From the IMG/VR virus record IMGVR_UViG_3300045391_005781: a stretch of DNA of 51,153 nucleotides, one strand, 5' to 3'. This stretch comes from a virus. Positions 32,918 to 40,582 of the stretch are shown here, piece after piece (position 1 is the first letter of the stretch; every line of letters starts with the position of its first letter). Made by a program: the position numbers and the translations under genes. The notes under the pieces were generated by a model that was not told the origin of the DNA, searched no databases, and saw nothing but the letters and a program-made list of their open reading frames with translations.

Positions 32918-34621
32918 CTATACAACCGTTAAGTTTCCCTGTGACTCACAGACAGTAAAATCTGTATTGGCCTTTGAACATCTTATTCTCACGCAGTTAT
33001 ATTGTTGCGAAGAAGCAAGAGAACCACCTGTTCCTGTAGTAGTGTTCGTTGAGTTAAAATGAATTGTTTGCCCAGTAGCTTGAGCTATTTGCCAGCCTCC
33101 CGCTGAAAAACCAATAATTTCAAAGAAAGCTCCCAGGGCTGCCGTTGTTGGCAATGTTAAAGTAACTAATGACGCGCCATTATCGATTATATAAACTGTA
33201 TTCGTTGTCATCGTTACAGAGCTGCTTGTTTGATCAACGACGTTGGCACTTGCTCCAGATGCAGCGATTGATATGGTGCCAGCCCCATTTGTGATCGTAA
33301 TTCCTGATCCTTGTATAAGAGTAGCAGGCGTAGGAGTTGCTCCTGTCGAACCAATTAATACTTGCCCGTTCGTCATAGATGAGGTAAAAACAGGAACGCC
33401 TGAACTGTTAGTTACTAAAGTTGCACTGTTAGCTGTTGATATTCCAGCAATTGTATTTGCAGATGATGAATATAATATTTGATTTATAGTCGTTGTTGAG
33501 GGATAGGTAGCAGTTGACCATGATGGGGACGTCGAAGATCCAGAAAGCAAAACTTGGCGAGCCGTAGCAGTACCTGAAAGAATTGCGCCTGCTGTTCCTG
33601 TGGAATAAAAAATACCTCCATTACTGGCGACTAAATTAGCATTCGTTCCACCATATGCCAAAGGAATCAAAGAAGCATTCCATGCACCTGTTGTTATTGT
33701 TCCCAATGTGATAATTGATGTTTGACCGATGTAAGCTGGATCAATTGAAATAACCGGAGTTGTTGTTCCTGTTGCTACGTCAATTTGACCTGTTGTACCA
33801 GAAACATTCGTTACAGAACCTCCTCCTATACCTGGAGTAAACCAAGATCCATTATAAAAAGAGAAATTTCCAAGAGTTGTATCGTAAACCATCATACCAA
33901 CTGAAGGAGACGTCAAGGCGTTCTTCTGGGTCGTTGTCATTCTAGAAAGCAAGAAAGCACCAGTAGTAGACTGAAGTTCAACTAAAGCGCTTGGAGTTGT
34001 AGAACTTGAGGGTAGATCTCCAGTAAAAAGTGAACATACTTGATTTCCTGCGCCATAATTATTATCGATAAATTCGACAGGCATTAAACTATCAACAAAA
34101 AGAAGCCCAACACCATTTGTAAACGCTAGATGCCCCAGGTTTCCAATTTGGTTTACATTTACAAAAGCATCCAATCCTTTACTTAATTTTAATTGACGAA
34201 CTTGTTCAAGCTGAGGCACCTGCGTTACAGGTACTCCACTATCAGCCAACACTTTTCCTGTTGTATCAGCAAAAACAGCAATATCGTTTGTGACTGAAAC
34301 CCCTGGGCCAACAACATCTCCTCCACCAACACCAATTTCTGTCCATGCTCCTCCAATTCGAAGATCAAAATTTGGCTCAGTTGTGTTATAGATCATCATC
34401 CCATCAACTGGATTTGGGATTGCATCTCTCTGCGTCGTTGTCATCCGAGGAAAAAGAAGTGCGCTATCCGTTGATTGAATTTCAAGAGCAGCAGATACAG
34501 GAGAATCATTATTTCGAGATAAAACAGGAATAGAATCAGCGCCACCATTTGGTGATAAGGTAGGATCTCCAATAAGTACTGTTGTTGTAAAGGTTGCTGG
34601 AGATTTTGTATTAATAGACAT
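32918..34621 (-). CDS. Tail fibre/receptor-binding protein 1 (567 aa)
   Basis: Two N-terminal copies of the (P/S)RMTTTQ(R/K)(D/N)A(I/L).(N/S)P..GMM(I/V)Y(N/D)TT motif, then the shared junction module, then a Ser/Thr/Gly-rich distal part. Confidence 0.75.
   Translation of the reverse strand: MSINTKSPATFTTTVLIGDPTLSPNGGADSIPVLSRNNDSPVSAALEIQSTDSALLFPRMTTTQRDAIPNPVDGMMIYNTTEPNFDLRIGGAWTEIGVGGGDVVGPGVSVTNDIAVFADTTGKVLADSGVPVTQVPQLEQVRQLKLSKGLDAFVNVNQIGNLGHLAFTNGVGLLFVDSLMPVEFIDNNYGAGNQVCSLFTGDLPSSSTTPSALVELQSTTGAFLLSRMTTTQKNALTSPSVGMMVYDTTLGNFSFYNGSWFTPGIGGGSVTNVSGTTGQIDVATGTTTPVISIDPAYIGQTSIITLGTITTGAWNASLIPLAYGGTNANLVASNGGIFYSTGTAGAILSGTATARQVLLSGSSTSPSWSTATYPSTTTINQILYSSSANTIAGISTANSATLVTNSSGVPVFTSSMTNGQVLIGSTGATPTPATLIQGSGITITNGAGTISIAASGASANVVDQTSSSVTMTTNTVYIIDNGASLVTLTLPTTAALGAFFEIIGFSAGGWQIAQATGQTIHFNSTNTTTGTGGSLASSQQYNCVRIRCSKANTDFTVCESQGNLTVV
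33560..33628 (+). repeat. 69-nt block shared by the two adjacent fibre genes, copy 2
   Basis: See 32761-32829; one mismatch in 69 nt. Confidence 0.9.
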
Positions 34622-34632
34622 ATTCTATCCTT

Positions 34633-35019
34633 TCACACACTAACCCAAATTGTACCGTTGTAATATTCAACCATTGATGTAGTTGAATTAAAACGCATCT
34701 CACCTGCCGTTGGAGTTCCAGGTCTTTCCCCTGTTGTTCCAGAAGGTAGTGTCACACTGCCTGTCCCTGGTAAAATTGGATTGCTTTGAGTAACTTGATT
34801 TATATTTGAAGCCGAAGATGTAATTGCAACAGAATCAAGCTGAAAAGTTCCAACTGTACGATTAAAATTTACTGCATTAGTTGCAATTTGTATTGGACTG
34901 TTATTACCAAGGCCATCTTGTAAATTTTGCAAAACATTCGTTAATCCTTGGCCGTCGTTTGTCGTTGTGAGTAAATCCCCATAAGCAGAAGCAAACACAC
35001 GATTTGTTAAGTCCGTCAT
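34633..35019 (-). CDS. Small fibre-related protein (128 aa from MTDLTN...)
   Basis: ATGA overlap with the upstream stop. The C-terminus LPSGTTGERPGTPTAGEMRFNSTTSMVEYYNGTIW is a diverged copy of the fibre motif. Confidence 0.6.
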   Translation of the reverse strand: MTDLTNRVFASAYGDLLTTTNDGQGLTNVLQNLQDGLGNNSPIQIATNAVNFNRTVGTFQLDSVAITSSASNINQVTQSNPILPGTGSVTLPSGTTGERPGTPTAGEMRFNSTTSMVEYYNGTIWVSV

Positions 35020-35426
35020 GCAAGTCCCCAATTATATGTTTGAAGTTGATCTAAGCGTTGTGCAGGAGATAAAGCAGGAATCCCATCATCTAATCCAAAT
35101 GTATCGCTAAAACGATCGATATCATCAGCTCCAAAAGTATTAAACGTTGCATTAGACCAAGTATATTGTGTTGGTTGCTGAAGTCTCGGAAACAAAACAG
35201 GAACCGGATCAGGAGGCAAGATTGGAGGACGTAACTGTTCGTTTGGCGTGTCTACATATGGACGCCCCACAAACAATCCTGTCCAAATTAGAGCATTCCC
35301 GCGCCATTCCATTTGTTTCACTAGATCTTTTCGGTTAAAAACAAACCCTGTATAATCACAAATACCTAATGCTTCAGGAAAATCTTGATTAATATTGACA
35401 TATTTACCCTTGGGACGATAACTCAT
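35016..35426 (-). CDS. Virion-module hypothetical protein (136 aa from MSYRPKGKY...)
   Basis: ATGA overlap with the upstream stop. The track start is 4 codons upstream. Confidence 0.55.
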   Translation of the reverse strand: MSYRPKGKYVNINQDFPEALGICDYTGFVFNRKDLVKQMEWRGNALIWTGLFVGRPYVDTPNEQLRPPILPPDPVPVLFPRLQQPTQYTWSNATFNTFGADDIDRFSDTFGLDDGIPALSPAQRLDQLQTYNWGLA

Positions 35427-36478
35427 ACGCGGCTCCATCCTTGGGTATAATCCCCGTATATTCTTAATGGTTCACGTTCTACATCTTCTCTCGCCGCTAA
35501 ATTAAAAGCGTGATCATAATCAGTTCGCAAACTTTCATATTTTTCAGGTCTATATTTCAAAGCTAATTTAACTGCAACACCAGCACAGAAAGCTTCATAA
35601 AATCTTTGGGGTATTTGAGGATTATTGGTTAATTGCCCCACATCTTGCAACATAACAACGCGCGTATAAAACAAATTGTTATATTGCGCCGATGGTGTTG
35701 GCCACAGATAAATCACTGGATTAATTTGCCGATCTACGTAGAAACTTGTTGGTCTTCCTGTTTGAGATTTATTTGGCAATGCCATATATTCAGCACGAGA
35801 AATACGGGTGATTACTACATCTAAAAGTATCGTATTGAAATAAAGCTCTTGGATATTTAGCGTTGTTCCATTGGTTTCTCTCACACGAAAATATTGCGCA
35901 TTCGTTGGAACAGGAACCACAAACCAAAGATTAATACCCTGTATATAAGTTTGAGCAGGAATAGATAAAGCAAGAATCCAATTAACATTGTCGGAAGAAT
36001 ATTCGCAAACTAAAGTGTACGTCAAAGTTGCATTTGACTGTATGCCAACTAGCGCGATTGCATATTGCGCATTTGCTCCATAATTATAACTGATATACCC
36101 ATTTGGTGCAGTTTGTGTACAAGCCGTTGCCGGATTATTATCAAAAGCATTTTGAGCATTACCACCAGCGCTAGAAAATGCTGTCCCTCCTAAATTTCTT
36201 TGTGATGTCCGAATTGTTGCTTCTAAAACATCACTGGTAGGATAAGGAAGGAGATAAGCACTTTGATTTAAATTTAAATTCAACATAGATTGTTGAATTG
36301 TCCAAAGGTTTAATCCTTTATTAATCCATTCAGAAAGAAGTAAATTGGCACTACGTGTTGCAGATTGAACTTGCTCAGCAGTTATTAAATCAGGTAAAAC
36401 TCCGCAACGTTCATAGGAATCAATAATAAATTGATCATTAATTGTTGATCCAAAATTATATGTTCCAGATGTTGACAT
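35423..36478 (-). CDS. Virion protein (351 aa): adaptor/tail-associated N- and C-terminal parts with an inserted discoidin (F5/8 type C)-like domain
   Basis: AFDNNPATACTQTAPNGYISYNYGANAQYAIALVGIQ...YSSDNVNWILA...AQYFRVRETNGTTLNIQELYF fits the discoidin pattern (FD.n..T.W......wi..dlg....i..v.i...S.Dg..W...ryvRi.....i.E). Confidence 0.6.
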   Translation of the reverse strand: MSTSGTYNFGSTINDQFIIDSYERCGVLPDLITAEQVQSATRSANLLLSEWINKGLNLWTIQQSMLNLNLNQSAYLLPYPTSDVLEATIRTSQRNLGGTAFSSAGGNAQNAFDNNPATACTQTAPNGYISYNYGANAQYAIALVGIQSNATLTYTLVCEYSSDNVNWILALSIPAQTYIQGINLWFVVPVPTNAQYFRVRETNGTTLNIQELYFNTILLDVVITRISRAEYMALPNKSQTGRPTSFYVDRQINPVIYLWPTPSAQYNNLFYTRVVMLQDVGQLTNNPQIPQRFYEAFCAGVAVKLALKYRPEKYESLRTDYDHAFNLAAREDVEREPLRIYGDYTQGWSRV

Positions 36479-36486
36479 TGACTATC

Positions 36487-36690
36487 CTAATGAGGCGCAG
36501 TGTGTCTTGGTAATTTCCTTAATGTTTTGGCTAAAATAGCCCTTCTTTTTAAAAGTAAATTCTTAGAATGAGCTGCTTTATTTAATTTTTTTACTGGAAT
36601 CTTTTTCCCTTCGGGAACATGTAATTGCTCGCGCAATGCCCCAGGATGATGAATAGCTTCTTGAATAAATTGTTTTTTTGCTCTGCTCAA
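36487..36690 (-). CDS. Small basic protein (67 aa)
   Basis: ORF from the track. ATGA overlap with the upstream gene. HHPGALREQLHVPEGKKIPVKKLNKA. Confidence 0.5.
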   Translation of the reverse strand: MSRAKKQFIQEAIHHPGALREQLHVPEGKKIPVKKLNKAAHSKNLLLKRRAILAKTLRKLPRHTAPH

Positions 36691-37328
36691 TGTGAATGTC
36701 CCTGTCTTAAAAATGTTGCAACCAACGCGCCATCTGCTCCTGATGAATTAATCTTCACATTCATCCATTTCACAGGAATCGTTAAATTTCCCAATTGAGT
36801 CGTCGTGGCATTAGCTAAAGCAGTTATAGGGGCCGTTAATGTAGGAGAAGCTACGTTTGCATCATCTAATGTTACATTGAGCGTATAATTAATCGTTCCT
36901 GTCACCGCAACTTGCACAGAATAATTACATACGGGCGCATTGTAATCCCAATTTGTCCATTGGGTTCTTCCTGTTGCTCCAATTCCTGCGCTCACAGTAT
37001 TTGGATTAAAGGCAGCACTTGCTGCAATACTCGTAATTGAATCATAAATATTTGTAGATGTTACAGTGTTATTGTTTGGCCCTGCAAGAACTTCAGAAAT
37101 AGTAGAGTTATTCAAAGTGCCAGTAATGGTAAAGTTAATACCACTCAGATTAGCAGTAGATGTTAACGTAACAACTCTTGTAAATCCTGGAAAAACAACA
37201 ACAGGAGTATTTAAGCCAGGCGTTCCGCCGCCACCATTTAATACTAGATTACCGGCAGCACTCAACGTTTGCGCCAAAGCAATATACGTCGTTGAAGGGG
37301 CAGGCCATGTAACTGCAACTGGTCTCAT
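36687..37328 (-). CDS. Virion structural protein (213 aa), Thr/Asn/Ala-rich and beta-rich
   Basis: ORF from the track; the call rests on position. Confidence 0.5.
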   Translation of the reverse strand: MRPVAVTWPAPSTTYIALAQTLSAAGNLVLNGGGGTPGLNTPVVVFPGFTRVVTLTSTANLSGINFTITGTLNNSTISEVLAGPNNNTVTSTNIYDSITSIAASAAFNPNTVSAGIGATGRTQWTNWDYNAPVCNYSVQVAVTGTINYTLNVTLDDANVASPTLTAPITALANATTTQLGNLTIPVKWMNVKINSSGADGALVATFLRQGHSH

Positions 37329-37534
37329 GCATTCTCTATAACAGTTGGAGTTTCTTCAGCTTTTAAAACCTGAATTGTTGATTGATATGCTTGTATAGCA
37401 CCCGTCATCACTGAAATATTACCCTGAACAACATCAAGCTCATTTTGCAATTTTACAAGATATTCCTTATGCTGCTTGAGCTGCTCTTCAAGCCTTTTGA
37501 TCTCAGATTCAATTTTTTCAATTTTGTTATCCAT
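37325..37534 (-). CDS. Small coiled-coil protein (69 aa)
   Basis: IEKIESEIKRLEEQLKQHKEYLVKLQNELD shows a heptad pattern. ATGA overlap with the next gene. Confidence 0.5.
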   Translation of the reverse strand: MDNKIEKIESEIKRLEEQLKQHKEYLVKLQNELDVVQGNISVMTGAIQAYQSTIQVLKAEETPTVIENA

Positions 37535-37555
37535 TTAAATAATCCTTTCTTGGTA

Positions 37556-38614
37556 TTAGTCTTGGGTTGCTTTGCAAGGGATATAATACGTCGTTCCATT
37601 GATAACTACAGGGAAACTATGATCTATAGCGGTCAAAGCAACAGCAGCTACAGGGCTTACGTCAGAAAACATTCCAAGAGTACGCGTATTGACCGCATTA
37701 CTGGTAGCAGTGACTGCATAAAAAGCAGCGCTATTCGCTCCAACACCTGTAGGCGCCGTTCCAGTTGGAATAGAGACAGTATTTGTTGCAGCATTTGTTG
37801 GTGCCGCAGTTCCTAATGCAATACCTTTTGCGGAAACGTGAGCCACATTTGCACCAGCACATGAAATCCCAAGAACTCCCACACTTACATCATAAAAACC
37901 GGTTGTCGTATCCCCAGTAAAGACAATGCTAGGAGTTGCAGCCGCCCCCGCTGGATGAATTACCGCACCAGTGCCTTTAGCGACAAGACTGATAGAGATA
38001 TTGGCGTCCGTTCCGTTTGCTGTCAAAAGAAGAGGATTTCCTGTAGCAGAAGGACTTAATGAAAGCCAATTTACAGCCGAGGCAACAGGCAAAATTTGCA
38101 ATGCTTCAAGACCGTTTGTCGAAAAGTCTATAGTATTAATAGCGCTAGACCACATACCAGTCCCAGTGCTGGCTGTAAAATTATAACTAGGAGCAGTAAC
38201 AAGACCATCGCCATTTGTTACGCCCGTCAATCCTGTCATCGCTCCACCACCTGAAACAAGAACAACAGAATTTGTTAAAGCCGTTCCGCCAGTGTTTCCC
38301 CATAAAGCAATAGCCGTATTAGTTGTTGTGCCAGGAGTTGTAATTGTTGCAGACCCTGAATTTTGCCCCCAGGCACCATTAACATAATAATAAAACTGAT
38401 TATCTGTGGTGTTATAGATGAGCATTCCATCAACTGGGCTTGCTATCGCGTTCATTTGCGTCGTCGTCATCCGAGAAACAGTTAATGCCGTCAACGTTGA
38501 TTGCAGCTCAATACCACAACTAGCTGAAGTAGGCGTAACTTCAGGGGTTGTCGCCGTATAAAGATTATCTACAACCAAAAGACTTGTCGTAAATGTCGTA
38601 TTGTTAATTGACAT
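37556..38614 (-). CDS. Fibre-like protein (352 aa) encoded immediately after the capsid gene (head fibre or tail fibre)
   Basis: Carries SRMTTTQMNAIASPVDGMLIYNTTDNQFYYYVNGAW, followed by a Gly/Thr/Ala-rich body. Confidence 0.6.
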   Translation of the reverse strand: MSINNTTFTTSLLVVDNLYTATTPEVTPTSASCGIELQSTLTALTVSRMTTTQMNAIASPVDGMLIYNTTDNQFYYYVNGAWGQNSGSATITTPGTTTNTAIALWGNTGGTALTNSVVLVSGGGAMTGLTGVTNGDGLVTAPSYNFTASTGTGMWSSAINTIDFSTNGLEALQILPVASAVNWLSLSPSATGNPLLLTANGTDANISISLVAKGTGAVIHPAGAAATPSIVFTGDTTTGFYDVSVGVLGISCAGANVAHVSAKGIALGTAAPTNAATNTVSIPTGTAPTGVGANSAAFYAVTATSNAVNTRTLGMFSDVSPVAAVALTAIDHSFPVVINGTTYYIPCKATQD

Positions 38615-38629
38615 TGTTATCCTCTAATC

Positions 38630-39541
38630 TTAAGATGTTGGATTGCTTCCATAAACAGACCGAGGGTTCGAAACCCCAAACGAATAACGTTCGATCGCCT
38701 TACACATAAGGTTATCAGTCGAAAAATCGGTATAGACATCAGTTTCTACTTTTTCTCTTTGATAATGCTTGAAGCCATCAGGAGCATCCGTTTTTACAAA
38801 CCATGACAATCCGTTAGTACTGACGAAAAATTGATTTACTCTGTATGCATCCGGAATTGCTGTCACATTATAGATTGCAGATACATCGTTATTCGCAGTG
38901 TTAGTTCTGAAAGCACTTGCTAGAAGACGCTCTGCGGTGAATTGATTTTGAGGTGCTACTAATAACTTTTTGGGTTTAGTCTGAACAATCAAACCAGCTT
39001 GGTTTTTAAATTGTTGAATCGCAATGATTGCAGATTCAAGAGACGCCTCGTTTAAGTCAGCAGCTACAGTAGGCTTATTTGCAAAAGTTCCACCATCGAT
39101 AGGATGCGCTGTGGAGCAAAGTGGTTGGCCGTCCCCAATTGGATACGACGTATTAAAGGCATTATTCATAACGCTAGCACCAAGTATTTCTTTTGTTTGT
39201 GCCAATGAATCTCTTAATGCCTTTGCCATCATTGGGAATCTTGTCTTATACAAATTGTCCATTATTGCCTGACGGGTAATTGCAAAGCCCAGCCCAACAT
39301 ATTTATGAACATAGTTTGTTATGATGCGTTGTCCCATAGAATCCATTGCTGTTTGCGATCCTTCTTGACGAATTTGCGCTAACCCTAGCATTTTCATTTC
39401 AACTTCGATTTCAACTTGCTTATCTGATTCGTATACATCAAAAATCTCTGACCATTGTGATGGATACATTGGATAATCACCAAAGACCGCCGCAAGACCT
39501 GGCCGCAGAAGGTTTTGTATTTGCCCTGTATTAATTGCCAT
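38630..39541 (-). CDS. Major capsid protein, HK97 fold (303 aa)
   Basis: Size, position after the scaffold and cement-like genes, and a pattern typical of HK97-type coat proteins (MAINTGQIQNLLRPGLAAVFGDY...GDGQPLCSTAHP...KKLLVAPQN). Confidence 0.75.
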   Translation of the reverse strand: MAINTGQIQNLLRPGLAAVFGDYPMYPSQWSEIFDVYESDKQVEIEVEMKMLGLAQIRQEGSQTAMDSMGQRIITNYVHKYVGLGFAITRQAIMDNLYKTRFPMMAKALRDSLAQTKEILGASVMNNAFNTSYPIGDGQPLCSTAHPIDGGTFANKPTVAADLNEASLESAIIAIQQFKNQAGLIVQTKPKKLLVAPQNQFTAERLLASAFRTNTANNDVSAIYNVTAIPDAYRVNQFFVSTNGLSWFVKTDAPDGFKHYQREKVETDVYTDFSTDNLMCKAIERYSFGVSNPRSVYGSNPTS

Positions 39542-39565
39542 TATATTGTCTCCTGTTAAATTTTC

Positions 39566-40237
39566 TTATATTCCTGCTGTTCCTGTACCGCCTTTTAGTA
39601 TGTGGTTATTTATAACCACAAGGGCGTTATTGAAATCTTGTTTAGTGGCAGGATCTGGTTGAGAGGGTGAATCTGGTTGGTTGTTTGGATTGGGTGTAAA
39701 CCTAAGTAGTTTTAAATTAAGTGTAGCAGATGTCCCTGGACTTAAGCTTTCAAAAGCCAGATAATACGCAGATAAACCTGAAACAGTTGATCCAGAGGCT
39801 GGATTTCCTGCTCCGCCAACCGCAAAGTTAGCGTTCAAGCCAATATTCGCATACGCTATTGTTGGATGCGCTGCTGAAGATGTTGACGCAACCTGAATAT
39901 CAAATACTGTATTTGGATCATCTACGATAAATGCAGTTGCGTTTTGAGCATTGTCAGGGACAGTGCCAGCAGACCAAAAGGGAGCTGTAATATATACGCC
40001 GTTTAAAGTGTACGCGCATCCCCAGAAAACACCAAGAGTAGCACCCTGCGACCCAGCGGCTCCCCCGACTGCAATACCAATACCGCCTGTATTTAACATG
40101 GTTACAGGATCTCCAGTAAATAAGCTGGTTGCATACCCGCTCGCTATAGAATATTCAGATGTTTGATTGTTCCACGTTGCCCCATTCAGCATGTAACGTG
40201 GTTGAAGCCCAAAAGGAGCATTGACTCCATATGCCAT
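39566..40237 (-). CDS. Capsid decoration/cement-like protein (223 aa)
   Basis: Lies directly upstream of the capsid gene. It is beta-rich with GVFWGCAYT...AFIVDDPNTVFDIQ...VVINNHIL. This resembles the jelly-roll cement proteins encoded before the coat gene in BPP-1-like podoviruses (recalled, not searched). Confidence 0.4.
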   Translation of the reverse strand: MAYGVNAPFGLQPRYMLNGATWNNQTSEYSIASGYATSLFTGDPVTMLNTGGIGIAVGGAAGSQGATLGVFWGCAYTLNGVYITAPFWSAGTVPDNAQNATAFIVDDPNTVFDIQVASTSSAAHPTIAYANIGLNANFAVGGAGNPASGSTVSGLSAYYLAFESLSPGTSATLNLKLLRFTPNPNNQPDSPSQPDPATKQDFNNALVVINNHILKGGTGTAGI

Positions 40238-40276
40238 ATAAAAATCTCCCAGATTTAAAGTTTCTAATGTTTTTTA

Positions 40277-40315
40277 AATTTTCAAAGCTTCAAACGTTTT
40301 TAAGCTTTGAAAATT
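40277..40315. promoter_or_regulatory. 14-bp perfect inverted repeat (aattttcaaagctt-N11-aagctttgaaaatt) about 40 nt upstream of the cement/capsid genes
   Basis: Read directly. It forms a 5' hairpin on the minus-strand mRNA leader. Confidence 0.6.
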
Positions 40316-40342
40316 CGTAAATTCGTTTTTGAGATATGATCT

Positions 40343-40371
40343 CGACAGTTTAAATAAGGCTCTGTCCGCCT
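40343..40371 (+). repeat. GC-rich motif copy 1 (cgacagtt-taaat-aaggctctgtccgcct)
   Basis: Matches 40427-40451 apart from a 4-nt indel. Confidence 0.8.
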
Positions 40372-40426
40372 AATGTTTAAACTCGAAGAAAATGGATTGA
40401 GTTAGATCCAGAAACGTAAAGCATCC

Positions 40427-40451
40427 CGACAGTTGAAGGCTCTGTCCGCCT
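40427..40451 (+). repeat. GC-rich motif copy 2 (cgacagtt-g-aaggctctgtccgcct)
   Basis: See copy 1. Confidence 0.8.
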
Positions 40452-40582
40452 GTTGTATTTTCTTTAAGCGTTCCAAATAAACTCATCTATGTCAACAAAA
40501 AAACAAGAAAAAATTCGAATTATTTTAATCTGTTATTGGTTGTTTTCTTTTTTTAAGCTGTTTTCTTTTGTTTTGTCTTATT

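Noticed and set aside
32761-33628. The repeated block in the two fibre genes looked like a possible diversity-generating retroelement TR/VR pair
   Set aside because: No reverse transcriptase or accessory gene is present anywhere in the window. The block is essentially identical rather than differing at adenines, and it lies at the junction of the proteins rather than at the C-terminal variable end.
38655-38680. tRNA-like T-arm string ggttcgaaacc inside the capsid gene
   Set aside because: No acceptor, D or anticodon arms can be drawn around it. It lies in-frame in a well-supported CDS and is coincidental.
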